This document shows, one piece after another, positions 26,001 to 38,728 of a stretch of DNA of 64,000 nucleotides. The notes under the pieces were generated by a model. It did not search any database. It was not told the origin of the DNA and saw only the letters and a list, made by a program, of their open reading frames with translations. A program made the translations under genes and the position numbers. Numbering within the stretch: the stretch's first letter is position 1; every line of letters begins with the position of its first letter. The stretch spans positions 35,900,001 to 35,964,000 of the forward strand of contig OZ076409.1 in NCBI GenBank assembly GCA_964187785.1. The letters run 5' to 3'. The stretch is from Amphiscolops sp. MND2022. Lineage: Eukaryota.

Positions 26001-28866
26001 AATCGATTGGCCAGTTCAAAATTGCCAGCACTCTGGCGCTGGTTGGACACACATTCCTCTACGGCAAGGTGAGTAGCAACCAACTCTAGAACCAATTTGT
26101 TAATTTTGCCAAAAGCCAAGTGCTAAATTGGTGAATTTTCTGCCAATTTATTGCCAACTAGTGTATGGTCATTGAGAACTATCATGGCATTTTTTTAGTT
26201 CTGCTCAGAAAAATTCTGGAAAATATCACCTGCGGAAATCACCAGAAGGGAGCCCTTCAAGCTCGAAAAACGCTTTTCTTAACTTGAAACGTTAAAAGTT
26301 GAAAAAATGTATGGAAAAAGCCGCACTGTGTCAAGAAATTCGAAGATTGGGACCTTTAGGTGAAATTTTTCAGACCATTTGATGAAATAGAAATAAACAT
26401 TAGAAAAATGTCGCACATTGTCGAAAAACTCAAAAAGAAAACGTCTAAAATTTTATAATAGCGTGAGATTCGAACTCCTGCTTCCCCGTCTCGCATACTA
26501 ACCTTTTGGTAAAGTAGTGAACTAATCACTGTAATAGTCGGGCACGTTTGTTACAAAATGAGCTGATTAAAAAGATGCAATTCTCTAGCCAAAACTTTCA
26601 TTTATTATTCCGTTGTAAAGGGAAGCCTCGAACTTTCCCACTGAAAATCCAGCTGGTGCTGTTAACCTTCAGTTTGTTGAAGTATTTCTCTAATTCTGTA
26701 TCAGCGTCGCCTTCACCAACGTCGGTATAATATCTAATTTAATGATGAAGTGGTTTCTCTTCAAGGTGACTCCTTATCTTGGAGTGTTGGAGTTGGACGA
26801 ACATGTGTTCTTCAAAGGACCCTCTGGCTGTTGGTTCGAGGCTCTGCAACACTATTGTGGCCTGATCTGGAGCCACATTCAAGATCTGGACACGGCCTAC
26901 AGAACTGTGACTGGCACATTCATGGGGTACAATGAGAAACGAATGAGTTTGGTCGATACTCTGAGCAGACCCAAAGCATTCAAAGCTGAGCTGGAGTTCT
27001 ACTTACGCAAAAAGGTCAGCGAATGAATCACGAAAATTTCCATTTTCTTTCAATAGAAACATATGATTCGGTAATTTCGGTCCATTAATTGGAGTTTTTC
27101 ATCATAACTATTTGTCCTCCGTTTTACAATGAACCGCTGGTTTGAGAGTTGAAATAAAAGTTTGTTGTATTCTGAAATGTATAGGAATAATTATTTTAGG
27201 AGCCAGTATACATAAAAACTTACGTAGTGGAGGACTGGAGGTACATACCAGTGGTGAAGTACCTCAAATTTCACTACGTGAACGAGAATGACACGGACAA
27301 AGAATTGTTCTTCAAAGAAGACTGGGCCAATCTTCATACCAATCTGTTTTGGCTCAAAAACAAGGCCGCTTTCCATTTCCAGCAGTCTGGGCCTCCGTTG
27401 CAACAGGACCCTTGCAATCGAGTCAATTTGAAGAAATCCATCAATGATATCAATAAGAGAATCAAAAGGGTTCGATATTTTTTGTTTACGCGCTTTGCAT
27501 TAAACTTTAACACCTACCTTGTCGTATTGAGTCAGTTTGAAGTTGCTCTGAAACTTCAAAAACTCCATGTTTCCTCTTCTTTATTTCCATTTATTGAAGA
27601 AAGGATCGCGCCGATCGGAATAGTCACAAACTGTTGGAATAATCGGAAGCTGTTTAGTATAATTCGAGTCAGGGATATTATACGCTGTTCAAATATGCGA
27701 GATTCCAATACTCTCCTGAAAGCATGATCTAGAAAGCTTTGTTTCTCATGTTTTTTCATTGACAAAGTCTGTTTTTTTAGTGCCGTGAGCAAGTGGACTA
27801 CCTGTCTGCGTACAGGTGGCTGTGCACGCGGTCTCTACTGGACGAGAGCTTTGAGCACGTGGCCAGTTGTTGGCGGATGTCTAATAGCACAGTCGGCATG
27901 CTCGAGTACTGCAACGTGCTTAACAAGTCCCTCCAGGAACTCATTCTCTACGCCATGGAGTCACCCTACTCTGAGGAAAAGAGTCCCCTCAAATCTGTCA
28001 GTTTGGGTTAGCACCTTTCTATGTAACTGCCATGTGCACATGGTCAAAGTAGAGAGCCAGTAGATTCTTTAGCAGTGTTGCGTTTTCATTGTCAGAGCTT
28101 GGTATTGCAGTTCCTCGTATGACTAGTTGTAGTAGTTCAACCGATTTTACCAAAATTCGGGTATTGTTCATCGACAGTAGTTGGCGAGACTGAATTGTAT
28201 TAGGTTTTTCAAATTTATTCACCTTACTTTTTGCATGTATTGATAATTGCTTTTTACAGTGCCCAAGTTGGAAGTTTCAATGTCTACTTTTTAGTGAAAC
28301 CTTTGTTTATGCTTGTTATTCATACCGTAAATTCAGGTAGATTTTTGATTGCAGGAATGATGGCAAATGCTTATCGGTATAAGGTGAACAAGTCTTTGGA
28401 AAGGGTTGGTTCTTTGGCGCCTAGCAACCTCGACGAGCTGACTCAGGAAAAACTGCGGGAGTGCATGGAATGGGATGAAATCTCTAAAAACGCCTTCCTC
28501 AAGATCGAAGACAGATCTCTTGAGATTTTGCGCGAAGTGTTTGATCTCACAGAAGGCATCATAGTAGCTGTTGCTTATGATATCAATTCCATCTGCGAAA
28601 AGTCACAGTCGGCTCTTAAAAACTTGAAACTCAGAAAGAATCCTTACAGTGTAATGGACGAAGTACCCTCCCATTTCGCAGGCGGTGAGGTGAAGAAAGT
28701 TGACGAATGGGGAGGCTTGAATAACCAAAGAGGAGCCAATGTTTTAGCTCCTCCTGCTGAGAGAATGACATCTACTACAAGTGCGACGTCATCAAAACGA
28801 AGCAACCGACCGAGATATGTCAATCATCCTTATGTGCAAACCAAAGACCCTTTTCCTAATATTTAG
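14024..28866 (+). CDS. Uncharacterised ~1360-aa protein, 15 exons, two homologous halves each starting with an RIIa/Dpy-30-like docking helix
   Basis: Phase-compatible GT-AG exons: 14024-14249, 15073-15356, 15715-16003, 16084-16207, 17627-17868, 18073-18514, 19461-19832, 21375-~21631, ~21833-22081, 25246-25478, 25955-26068, 26766-27014, 27200-27469, 27781-28006, 28355-28866. The exon 8/9 junction is uncertain. Confidence 0.85.
20058..20270. mobile_element. Mutator-like MITE in intron 7
   Basis: ~37-bp TIRs (GGA...GCAGCAaGCCGACACGCCATCAAA) and a 10-bp TSD ATTTTGTTCG at 20048-20057 and 20271-20280. Confidence 0.8.
23025..24742 (+). mobile_element. Cluster of at least three head-to-tail HINE-like copies
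   Basis: 5' motifs TTTTTAGT(C/T)GGCGC at ~23025, ~23077 and ~24196. 3' motifs GAGCCT.AGATAT.GCGCCGACTT + hairpin + TGTT ending at ~23456, ~23829 and ~24742. Internal AAGGGTCCCCC repeats. Confidence 0.8.
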
Positions 28867-29184
28867 ATTAGCTCTTCCTAATCAGTCATTTATTTCTTTG
28901 TTTGTTGTTTGTTGAGTGATTTTAGAAACGTTTTATAAAGCTGATTCACACTAAACTTTTTATCACTAATTGCGTCACATCGGGGGCTTTGAATTTTTCA
29001 CTGAACGTCTTTCCGAATAGTGAATGGTTCTAACATGGGTTTCTTTTTCAGATATGTGTTGCTCCTACAGAACCATATCAATTTCCAATATCTGGTGCTA
29101 CAAAATTGGGTTCTGTAGTAACTGCTACCGCTGGTCACGGTCGATGTGTTAGAATTGAGGAGCTGCTGGTCGACACTAGAAAAA

Positions 29185-30447
29185 ATGGACAGCCAAAGCT
29201 ATGAGGTATTGGACCTGTCTCTCAGACAGACCATAGAAAAACCCAATGCTGTGTTGGATTTGTCAGTTCCCAAAGATCCTCACATATCTTTCAAGAAGTT
29301 GACGGTCAGAAAATGGATCACTGATAGTTACATATCTCCACATGATATTAATTGTGCAAACATATCTTCTTGTGCTTTGATGGGTAATAAAAGAAGCTAC
29401 TCACCGCTAGTCTCTGCTATCGACGATTCAGATGCAGGTTCATCTGATGTCATAAAAGGGCCCGAGGTCATATCGCAACAGCTTCAGTCGGATGATGTTG
29501 CTTCGTCTCTCTCTTCTATTTCTGATCTTTCATCCGTTTCTTCCATTCTATCTCTTTCTCAGAAGAAACTATCATCTTTCATTCCTTCTTTGCAAAACAT
29601 AGTTGGTGCTATTGGTGACACAGAACCAAAAGATGAACAAGATCAAACCATTGTCAAGAAGAAATTGAGGATAGCCGAAGATGAAGCAGAGAGCTGCCTT
29701 GATGGCAGTCCCCTCACTAAAACACCCCAAAGTCTGTATTTCTGTAAATATTGTCGACAATGGTTCTACTCATCTGAAGCTTTGAATGAACATAAAAAGA
29801 TACATATGAACAGTGACAAGCCTAAAAATTTTGTGTGTAAATATTGTAAAATGGCGTTCAAAGGAGCTGCTGAGTTGAAGATACACGAACGAACACACAC
29901 AGGAGAGAAGCCCTACAGCTGTGACATATGTGGCTTTTGCTTCGCCCAGTCTGGAAACCTCACCCAACACCGCAAGCTGCACCTGGGGTTCAAACCCTTG
30001 GCTTGTGATATCTGTGGAAAGCGATTCATGCGGCAATACGACATGTTACGTCACCGAGACACACACACTGGTTACAGGCCTTACAAATGCGAAATATGTA
30101 ACAAAACCTTCGTGAGAGCTGGACATCTCACGCTTCACAAACGAAACCACTTCGATGAGAAGAAATTCGATTGCTGCGAATGTGGAGAAAAGTTTGTGCA
30201 GTTGAGCCAACTGACGGAGCACAAGAAAAGCCACCTGGATAAGTCTTCCAACTATTGCCAAGAATGCAATCTGTCATTCAGCTGTTCTAACGAGCAGCAC
30301 GAACACCTGAACACATTCCACGTTGCCAACTTTTTGCCTTTCGCTTGCGATTTCTGTGACAAGAGATACAAACATAGTCGTGCCTTAGAAAAACACAGAA
30401 AAACTCACCAAATACCACCCGTTGAAAATATTACCTGCCTAGTTTAG
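29185..30447 (+). CDS. C2H2 zinc-finger transcription factor (8 fingers) with two VLDLS CtBP-type motifs
   Basis: Eight C-x2-C-x12-H-x3/4-H repeats with TGEKP/TGYRP linkers; N-terminal EVLDLS and AVLDLS. First ATG at 29185. Confidence 0.92.
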   Translation: MDSQSYEVLDLSLRQTIEKPNAVLDLSVPKDPHISFKKLTVRKWITDSYISPHDINCANISSCALMGNKRSYSPLVSAIDDSDAGSSDVIKGPEVISQQLQSDDVASSLSSISDLSSVSSILSLSQKKLSSFIPSLQNIVGAIGDTEPKDEQDQTIVKKKLRIAEDEAESCLDGSPLTKTPQSLYFCKYCRQWFYSSEALNEHKKIHMNSDKPKNFVCKYCKMAFKGAAELKIHERTHTGEKPYSCDICGFCFAQSGNLTQHRKLHLGFKPLACDICGKRFMRQYDMLRHRDTHTGYRPYKCEICNKTFVRAGHLTLHKRNHFDEKKFDCCECGEKFVQLSQLTEHKKSHLDKSSNYCQECNLSFSCSNEQHEHLNTFHVANFLPFACDFCDKRYKHSRALEKHRKTHQIPPVENITCLV

Positions 30448-31859
30448 TTGTTTTAAGTTAAAAGTTTATCTTGAAATGCGTGAAATTTGCATTTATCAAA
30501 TTACAAATTTAAATTCTATTTTCATTGTTAAACGTTTTCAATGTTTAGATTATGTAAGGTTGTAGGTACGAGGTAATGCATTACGCCAACAGATAGACAA
30601 TGGAACTATACGCCATTAGGCCGCCAAGAATGGTTATTTTGAGTCGTTGCTATTCAGTCATTGAAACCAGTGGCTTGCTTCGAATAATCACTCTTTCAAC
30701 CCATCAGATAATTGGAGTCTGCTTTTTGACATGGTTAATTTGATTGTCGGCCTAATGCGCGTGTTCCCTGTGTTCAGACGACACATAGGAGCACAATCAG
30801 TTTTTGGTGCCACCAGTTTTGATAACGTCACCATTTTTAGGTGTCAAAATGCCTTCAATTGGCTTTTTAAAATTGAAAAGATGTTGCTCAATTGGACAGT
30901 CGCCCGAAGTGACTGACGAGTTGGGATTTTGATAGTGCGAACAGTCATAGTGTTAATATTTTCCCAGTTGCCCCGTGGGTATTCATTTTAGTTAATCCAG
31001 TTCTTGGAAAGAAGTCAATGTCATTAGAAATCATGCTATGACCGCTCATTCATTTCAGAATTTTTCCAGATACTTCCTAATAATTCGGCTTCAATTGTTA
31101 TATTCTCTTAGCAGCTAGGTGATATGATTTTGAAAAGTGCCTAAATTCTACCATATAGTCAATTTTTCCAGAAACTGTCAAAATGGAAATTTTTGCTGCT
31201 GCGGAAGTATTACTGAGTCACGAAAAGGCTTGTTTTTGAAAATGATTACGGTTATTTGTAGAGCTGTCTTAAAAGACCATCTGAAATAGTCTGATTTTAA
31301 ATGCAAAATAAACTCCGACTGTTCATGGAATTTTCTTCAAAATTGATACCGTTTTACAATCTGGCTATGCCTTTTCCACTTTTTTTATCTCTGAAAAACA
31401 TCGATGACCTGTAGCAATAATTCAGCTGAAGTCTTTATAAGGCGGTTTTTGTAATACATTGAAATGATTTTATTTCTTTGTGACGAACTTGTTAAAATAG
31501 ATTGGGTTTCCAGTGGCTTACCGAAATTAAAATCAAAATGAAATCTGTTTCGTGAAATCTGTTTGGCATTGAAATGTTACTTCCCTGGAAATTCGTTCCA
31601 AACGATTTCGCAAACATTCCTGGATTCATGTTCTTCAAAGTTACTTGAAAGTTTTTCTAGGTGAAAAAATATTGAGCTCTAGAGGATCGATTGTCTTGAA
31701 CTGATGTTATGCAGGTTATTTGCTGATTTTTCATAGCAACTCGATCGAAAGAAGATTTCTGATTCATTTTCAGGAATGCTTCAAGTCGAGTGAGAAACCA
31801 TCCCTCGGCTGATAAAATTTGAAACAAATTGAAATCATCTCTGACAAATTTGGTCACCC

Positions 31860-32693
31860 ATGAAAATGGGCATCGTGTTAAATTTGACAACCAGTCGCCA
31901 CGTGGCTTTGATTTCACGCGTTGCTATTGAACAAACCGGAGTTCGATCTAGAAACGTTCACAGATCAAGATTACTAGCACAATCGGTTCGGCTTCTTGGT
32001 TCGAAGTCATCTCATCCTGAAGCTACAAAAAACATTAAGTTAGATATGAGGCCGTCGAAATCCGAAGCATTAAAGCATTCTTCTGATGAAATTTCTCAGA
32101 AAAGGGGTCACCCAAGTACTTCGAAGAATGAAACAAGTTGCAACGTTGAAATCGAATCTCGGGTGATTTTATATACTGACGGATGTTACAAAGGCAAGTC
32201 AAAAACAGCTGGAATTGGAGTTTTTTCACCTGATCACCCTGAATTAAATATGGTAGAACCTGCTCTTTTTCATCCGTTCACATCACAAAGGGCTGAATTC
32301 GAAGCTGTGATTAGAGCCATCATGAAATGTCGAAGTCTGAAACTTCCAACACTTCGTCTCTGCACAGACTGTGAAAGAATTGTTCGTTTTGTCAATGAAT
32401 ATTATTCCAACCCAACTCTAGTTCTCGCTGTGATTCAGAGAAAGTCTAAGTGCCGTGATAAAGATTTGTTGATAATGCTGGGCAACATGTTGTCTTAGGT
32501 TGATGTTAAATGTGATCACGTACGCTCCGGTTGTCCCGGAAACAGAATGGCTCACAAGAGTGCTCAAAAAGGTGCTTCCAAAAAGCTCGAAATACTGGAT
32601 AATTTGAACGTCGAAAAAATTGCAACCTGCTTTTTAAAACAAGGAGACATTCATTGTTTAATAAAGATAACTCTAGAACGGTTGTTCGAATGA
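31860..32693 (+). pseudogene. RNase H1-like gene with an in-frame TAG at 32496-32498
   Basis: ILYTDGC...AGIGVF, TSQRAEFEA, LCTDC, DKDL; after the TAG the frame continues VDVKCDHV...GNRMAHKSAQKGA to TGA at 32691-32693. AATAAA follows at ~32746. Confidence 0.8.
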
Positions 32694-33025
32694 GAAAAAG
32701 ATTTCGTTAATCATGTGATTTATTATGATCGTTTCAATTTTTTAAAATAAAATTTTTGTTTGATGTTATACAAATCAATTTGTGTTTGCTTCGACCGAAA
32801 TTAGTTGTCAAAAGGAGTGGGCCTTCGCCCTGAAAACCATTTTAGCAAAGAAACAGCAAAAGAAACTTTTGGAAGAAAATTTTCACTGAAATTTTTCAAT
32901 CTGAGACGAATCATTAGTAGTGGAGACTAAAAAGCTTTTTTTAAATATAGCTATTCAAAATAAATAATTTCAAAATAAAATAAGTTATCTTGACAGCGTG
33001 TTGTTGCAGAGATTTTTTTGAAATG

Positions 33026-33265
33026 AGTACTTTTAGACATAATGAACAACTTAAGAATTCCCAACGAGGGGGGTGTTAAGGAACGGGCTCACCGGGTGTA
33101 TCGATCTTTTGAAGAGAGCAGAGTCGTGGAACTTCAATTGCGGTCATTAGTTTCGTCTCATCTCATTGAAAGTATTCACAAAAAGTGAGCAATCAAACAC
33201 GCTGATTCATTGAATAATCAAAAGTCACTGAAGTCAATATAGTCATTGATGAAGTTTCATTGACA
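33026..33265 (-). repeat. 3' LTR of BEL element 1 (recognisable part)
   Basis: Near-identical to 38816-39054. Starts TGTCAATG on the minus strand immediately after the purine tract GAAAACGAGGCGGGAA. Confidence 0.9.
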
Positions 33266-36200
33266 TTCCCGCCTCGTTTTCCGGTATAGGAAAACTCATT
33301 CATGTAGATGGAGCACATCTTTTGGGGGTGATGATGATCTTTGTGTTGTGTTTGTTGTCGATTGTTGGGTGTGAGAGTCTTCTATGATGAGGTGATGTGA
33401 CTTAGCAGGTGAGCTGGTTTGTGTGTTTTTCCTTGATGCGTTTTGAGGTAGCAACTCCTGACTTCACCATTTGGACCTCGAATAGCTCGTTCTACCAAAC
33501 CAATTGGCCATTGACCTCTCGGGCTGTTGTTTTGGAGTATCCAGACCACATCTCCTTCTTTCAATTTATCAAAAGTCTTGTACCATTTGACCTCGTTCGT
33601 AGTATTGGTAGGTATTCCTTTAGAAGCCGTCTCCAAAACTGTTCCAAACATTTTCGACACTGCTTCCAAATGCGTTTTGTTTGTTTCGAACTCACTGCTG
33701 CTATTTCGAGTGTTGAAGGTGGTTGTAGAACATGTCCAATTAAAAAATGACTAGGGGTGAGGGCTTCCAAATTCTTGGAGTCTGATGAAACTGGGCTGAG
33801 GGGACGACTGTTGAGGATTCCCTCCACCTGACATGTTACGGTGTGGAAACACTCATCATTGAGTCGTTTTGATCCGACAATACTGTATAAAATTCGCTTG
33901 TTCATTCCTATCAGGCGTTCCCAAACACCACCTTGATGAGGAGTTCCAGGAGGGATGAATCTCCAGTCGATTGAACGAGTACTTAAACGGCGTGCAAGGT
34001 CATGAAGTATGTTCGCTGCTCCCTGAAAATTCGTTCCATTATCGCTGTATATGACTTCTGGGTTCCCTCTCCGGCTGCAAAAACGGTCAATTGCCATGAG
34101 ACACTTTTCAGTGCTTAAATCCGTGACAGGTTCCAAATGAACGGCCCTGACAACTATGCAGGTGACGAGGCAAATGTATCTTTGTATCGGTTTCTTACCA
34201 CTGAATACTTGGTATGGACCGCAATAATCGATACCAACGTTCTTGAAGACTGCTGGTTTTGCAGAAAAGCGAACGCTTGGCAAGTCCGCCATTTTTGGCT
34301 GGCTCGGCAGTTGACGTTGTTGACGGCACGTGTGACAATTGAAGGTTATTTTCTTCAGAACAACTGTGGCTTTGATTATCCAGACTTGCTGCTGTAAAAT
34401 AGAACGTAAATGTTCAACTCCAATGTGTCCTTGTTTTTCGTGCTGGTGTTTGATGAACAGATATACAATAGGATGGCGTGCATCCAAAATGACTGGAGTT
34501 TTCGAGTTTTTTGAAACTGGTGCATTTTGTATCCTGCTCCTTGAACGTAGCGTAATTGCGTCGTCAAGGAATGGGCTGAAGTTGATTATTGAACTTTTTG
34601 GGCTGACACTTCGTCTTTGCTGTAGATCTATTATTTCTTTTGAGAAAACTTCTGACCGCTTCAAAAGAAAGTTTTGTGCTGTTGTGTTGATTTCTGCGGC
34701 TGTCTGCTGAATGTTCTTTATTTTGTTACGAACTACGAAGATGACTCGAGTTGTTGATAAAATTTTTGTCCACGACGAAAATCTTGAATAGTCTATCAAT
34801 CTGGTTTCGGAATGCTATTGCAGTAAAAACTAGTTAAATTCGGTAAAGGCTCTGTGGGAATAGGTATGCTGGTTGGCTGTGTTGGCCAGTGTTCCTCAGT
34901 CAGAAAAAGGAAAGTGGGACCCTTGATCCAAGAAGAATCTTGAATTTTACTGGCCGGCAGTCCTCTAGTTCCTTCGTCTGCGGGGTTTCCTTTTGTCGAA
35001 ACATACCTCCATTCCGTTTTTCGGCTGTGTTCAAGGATTTCGTAAATGCGCTTGGCTATGAACATTTTGTGCTGTTCCTTGTTTCTATTGTATATCCAAC
35101 CCAAAACGCTCGTGCTGTCGCTCCATCGCTCCAGTGTACTGTTTGATCTATTTGTAAAGTTAGTTCTTTGTTAAGTTTTCTTCTGAGACGGCTGGCTTAA
35201 ACAGAAGCTTGAAGTTTCAGCTTGGGTATCGTTTGTTGTTTAATGGGGGATACACGTGTTTTTCCGAGGATGAAAACTATTCTTGTTTTTCCATAAACAT
35301 CTGTGTTTCGTAAATAGGCGGATACTGCTGTTGCTACTTTTGAGGCATCGCAGAAAATGTGAAGTTGGACGTTCCTGTTTAGAGTTGATCCGATGTATCG
35401 TGGAATTTTGAAGTCTGCAAGTTGTGGCATATCTCTCAATGTTCTTGGTAGGGTCTGTTCTGCTGCTTCTAATGGTTTATCCCACATTTGACCATTTTCC
35501 AATTGTCTTGTAGTTGAATCTTCATTGTGATTGTGAAGGTTGGTTTTGAACCAAAGGGGTCGAAAATTTTTGAGATTAGGCTTAAAGTTTTCCGCTGAGT
35601 CCAGACTGTTCCTTCGAAACAATCAAACTTGGGTATCTGTATTCCAATTGAGTCTTCAAAAGGGCTCCATTTGACACCTAGAATTCTTTCAGTGTTTTCG
35701 TGACGAAATTTTCAATCGGTTTTGCTAAAACGATCCTGAGGCAATTTCTGACAAAAGGTAATTTCGTTGCTACACCATTTCGTCAAATTGAAGGAACCTT
35801 TTAGTAGGAGTTGTTTCATGCTGCGTTGCATTGTGAGGACTTGTTCGACGTCATTCAGAGACTTTATGAAGTCATCCATGTAAAAGTCTTCGAATACTGC
35901 TTCTGATGCTGCTGGAAATTCAATCTTGTTGTCTCGGGCAGTTTGTTGTGGTGCATATATTGCGCAAGTTGGTGAGTCTTTCTCTCCAAAAACATGCCTC
36001 TGATACTCGCAAACTTCTTGTTCTTCAAACTCGTTGTTTGTCCAAAGAAAACGAAGGTATCGGCGATCTTGGGCTCGTACACCGACATGCATAAACATGC
36101 CTTTTATGTCGGCCATTAAAAGAACTGGTTTTTCGCGACCTCTCAGAAGGATGCCAAGTAGGCTTCCCAACAAATCGGGTCCTCGAAGGAGTTTATCATT

Positions 36201-38709
36201 TAAGCAAACACTGTTCGATTTTGCTGCGACGTTAGATATTCTTCTGACTTTTCCGGGCTTATTGGGGTTGACTAATCCATAATGAGTAGAATCTGGTATT
36301 GTGAAGTTGGCTGTCGTCTCTCCACAACAAACCTGTTTCGTATCTACCATCAACTTTGTTGCAAGTTTTCTGAAGTAATTCTTGAGCTCTTTCATCTTCT
36401 TGGTTGTCGTTGACGTCAGTTTGACATTGTAGTAGACGTCAGTTCCGTATGTCATCAGTAGACGTCAGTTCCGTATGAGTCTGTTTTCCACCAATTGAGA
36501 ACTGCGTCTTTCAAGTCTTCTTCTCTGCTTTCGCACTGTTGACAGAAGAAACTTTCCATGGACGTTTCTATTGGATGGGGTCCGGCCATGGACCATCCCA
36601 GCTTTGTTTCCACGGCTGTAGGTGCGTTCGGTGGACCTTCTTTGACACTCCTGGCGACTATTGGAGAGTATAGATCGCATCGAATAAGAACTTCAACTTG
36701 AAGATCAGCGAGTGTTGTCAAGGTTATTTCATTTAGATGGGGGTATTTTCTGATGATGTCTGTTGGGTGCTCTTTCAATTTTGGTACCTAGAAATCTTCA
36801 ACTACCAGAATGTTTTGACAATTGAGACGTTCGGAATCGTTAGCATCGGAAATTTGAAATTGGACTGTCTTTGTAGAATGGTTCTTTTGACTATTGAATC
36901 CTCTTATGACCACATCTGAAGTCTCCATGGGTTTTAACTCTAACATTTTTGCCAACTGGGGTGACATGAAGCTGCTAGTGCTCCCACTGTCCATAGTGCA
37001 TAGACAGTTTGCTTTTGTGATAGGCTGTGCACGGTAACCGGCACTACTTGAACCATGGCTGAACAGTTAACTTTTGTTGTGAAGACTTCGGTTTCATCGT
37101 TCGTTCTTGCCTGCTGTTTGTTGAAAAGTTAACCGAGTTGGACTTAGGCGCTGTTTTCTCTCGGTGAAAAAGTGTGTTGTGTCGTTGGTTGCAATTGTTG
37201 ATTCTGCATGTGGATTTTGATAAACAATCTTTCAACAGGTGATTTTGGCTCAAGCAGTTGTAACAAAAACCTAGCGTTTTTACGTTGAAATGTCTTTCTT
37301 CGGAAGACATCTTTTTGAATTTTTCGCATTTGAAAATCTGATGCGAGCCGTCCTTCGAAGGACAAAGAAGTTTCGGGGGTGATTGTCTGTACATTGCAGT
37401 CGTTGTTTTGGAATTCTGAACAAAATGTACCCGATGAGTGGCAGTGTGTTCAACGTTTTGTTGTTCAAGTTGCTCGTATGCTTCGGCTATTGGTTGAAGC
37501 CAGTCACTAAGAGTTGACAGGTTTGGCTGTTCAATTTTTTCTTTAACTAAAAACTGTTGCCACTTCACTGCGTCCGAAAAGGGCAAATTGTCTGTGGCGT
37601 GCTTCAAATTGGTTGTTGAGTATAAATCGGCAGTTAAATTATGAGCTTCGAAAACCCTTATTATCGTCTTGATGAAGGACGAAAATTTGATGTATGTGTC
37701 AGGTCGATTGTGTACAGGGGGGAGGTGCTGTATCAATTTTTGGATCATTGTTCCAACAATCACTGTGGGTCTGCCAAAACGACGTTTCAGCTCGACAAAA
37801 GCTTCTTCGTAATAATTGCCATCACATCCAAAAGATTGTATGACTTCTTTTGCACGGCCTTTGACTAAACCTTGCAAGTATGCAATTTTTTGGCTGCTGC
37901 TCAGGGGGGCTTGTCAAATCATGAACTGAAAGCGACTGTTCCAAATTGATTTTGGGTAGAGCATTCCGGTACAAGTAGAACTGTGAGTCATTCCGTTGTG
38001 AGACACCAATGTTACCAATACTTGGCACTGAAACTGGTATTTCAGGTGCTGCTGATTGATATGCTGAGGAAAAACTGGCTGCGTTGGCACTTGGTAGCGA
38101 AGCTGCATGGACTTCGACATCTGCTGGCCTAGGCTAAAAACCAGTTGGCTGTTGAGAATGATCACCTCTATTGCTGAGTTTAGAATGTGTGGTGTCCGGA
38201 TCGTCAAGAAATTGAACTGGATCCTGACAAGCAGTGGTAGTATATGACTGAAACGTTCCCTGGGTTCCTTGATTTGTACAGTGATCTGCATTCAATGTTG
38301 AATCTCCCGTGAACATTACTTGGAATAGGTTTGGAACTCGCTTACGAGTCTGGCTCAATTCTAGTGCTTTAGCCCTCAATTCATCACTCAATACAAAATA
38401 TAGTCAATTTTAGCACTAAATTGGCATGTTCCGATTCATCTGCATTTGCAACCATTGAGTATGTCAACTCTTCAACTGTTGCTAGTTGTGTAACAACATA
38501 TTTTTGATGTTGCTCAGCGAGATTGAAACTTTTCTGTTCAATACTTGCATGGAATGATTCTATTAACGCGTTGAGTCTACTTGTAGCAGCTGATAGTTTA
38601 GCCCTCGTGACCATTATAGGCACTGGCGCTTTTTGCTTTGAGCCCATTTTGCAGTTATTATTTGAATTGATCAATAGCTCTCGTTTTGTACTGCTCGTAT
38701 ATGACGAAC

Positions 38710-38727
38710 ATCACGTCGGGGTCACCA
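38710..38727 (-). promoter_or_regulatory. Primer binding site, tRNA-Trp
   Basis: TGGTGACCCCGACGTGAT, the 18-nt complement of the metazoan tRNA-Trp 3' end. Confidence 0.9.
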
Positions 38728-38728
38728 A

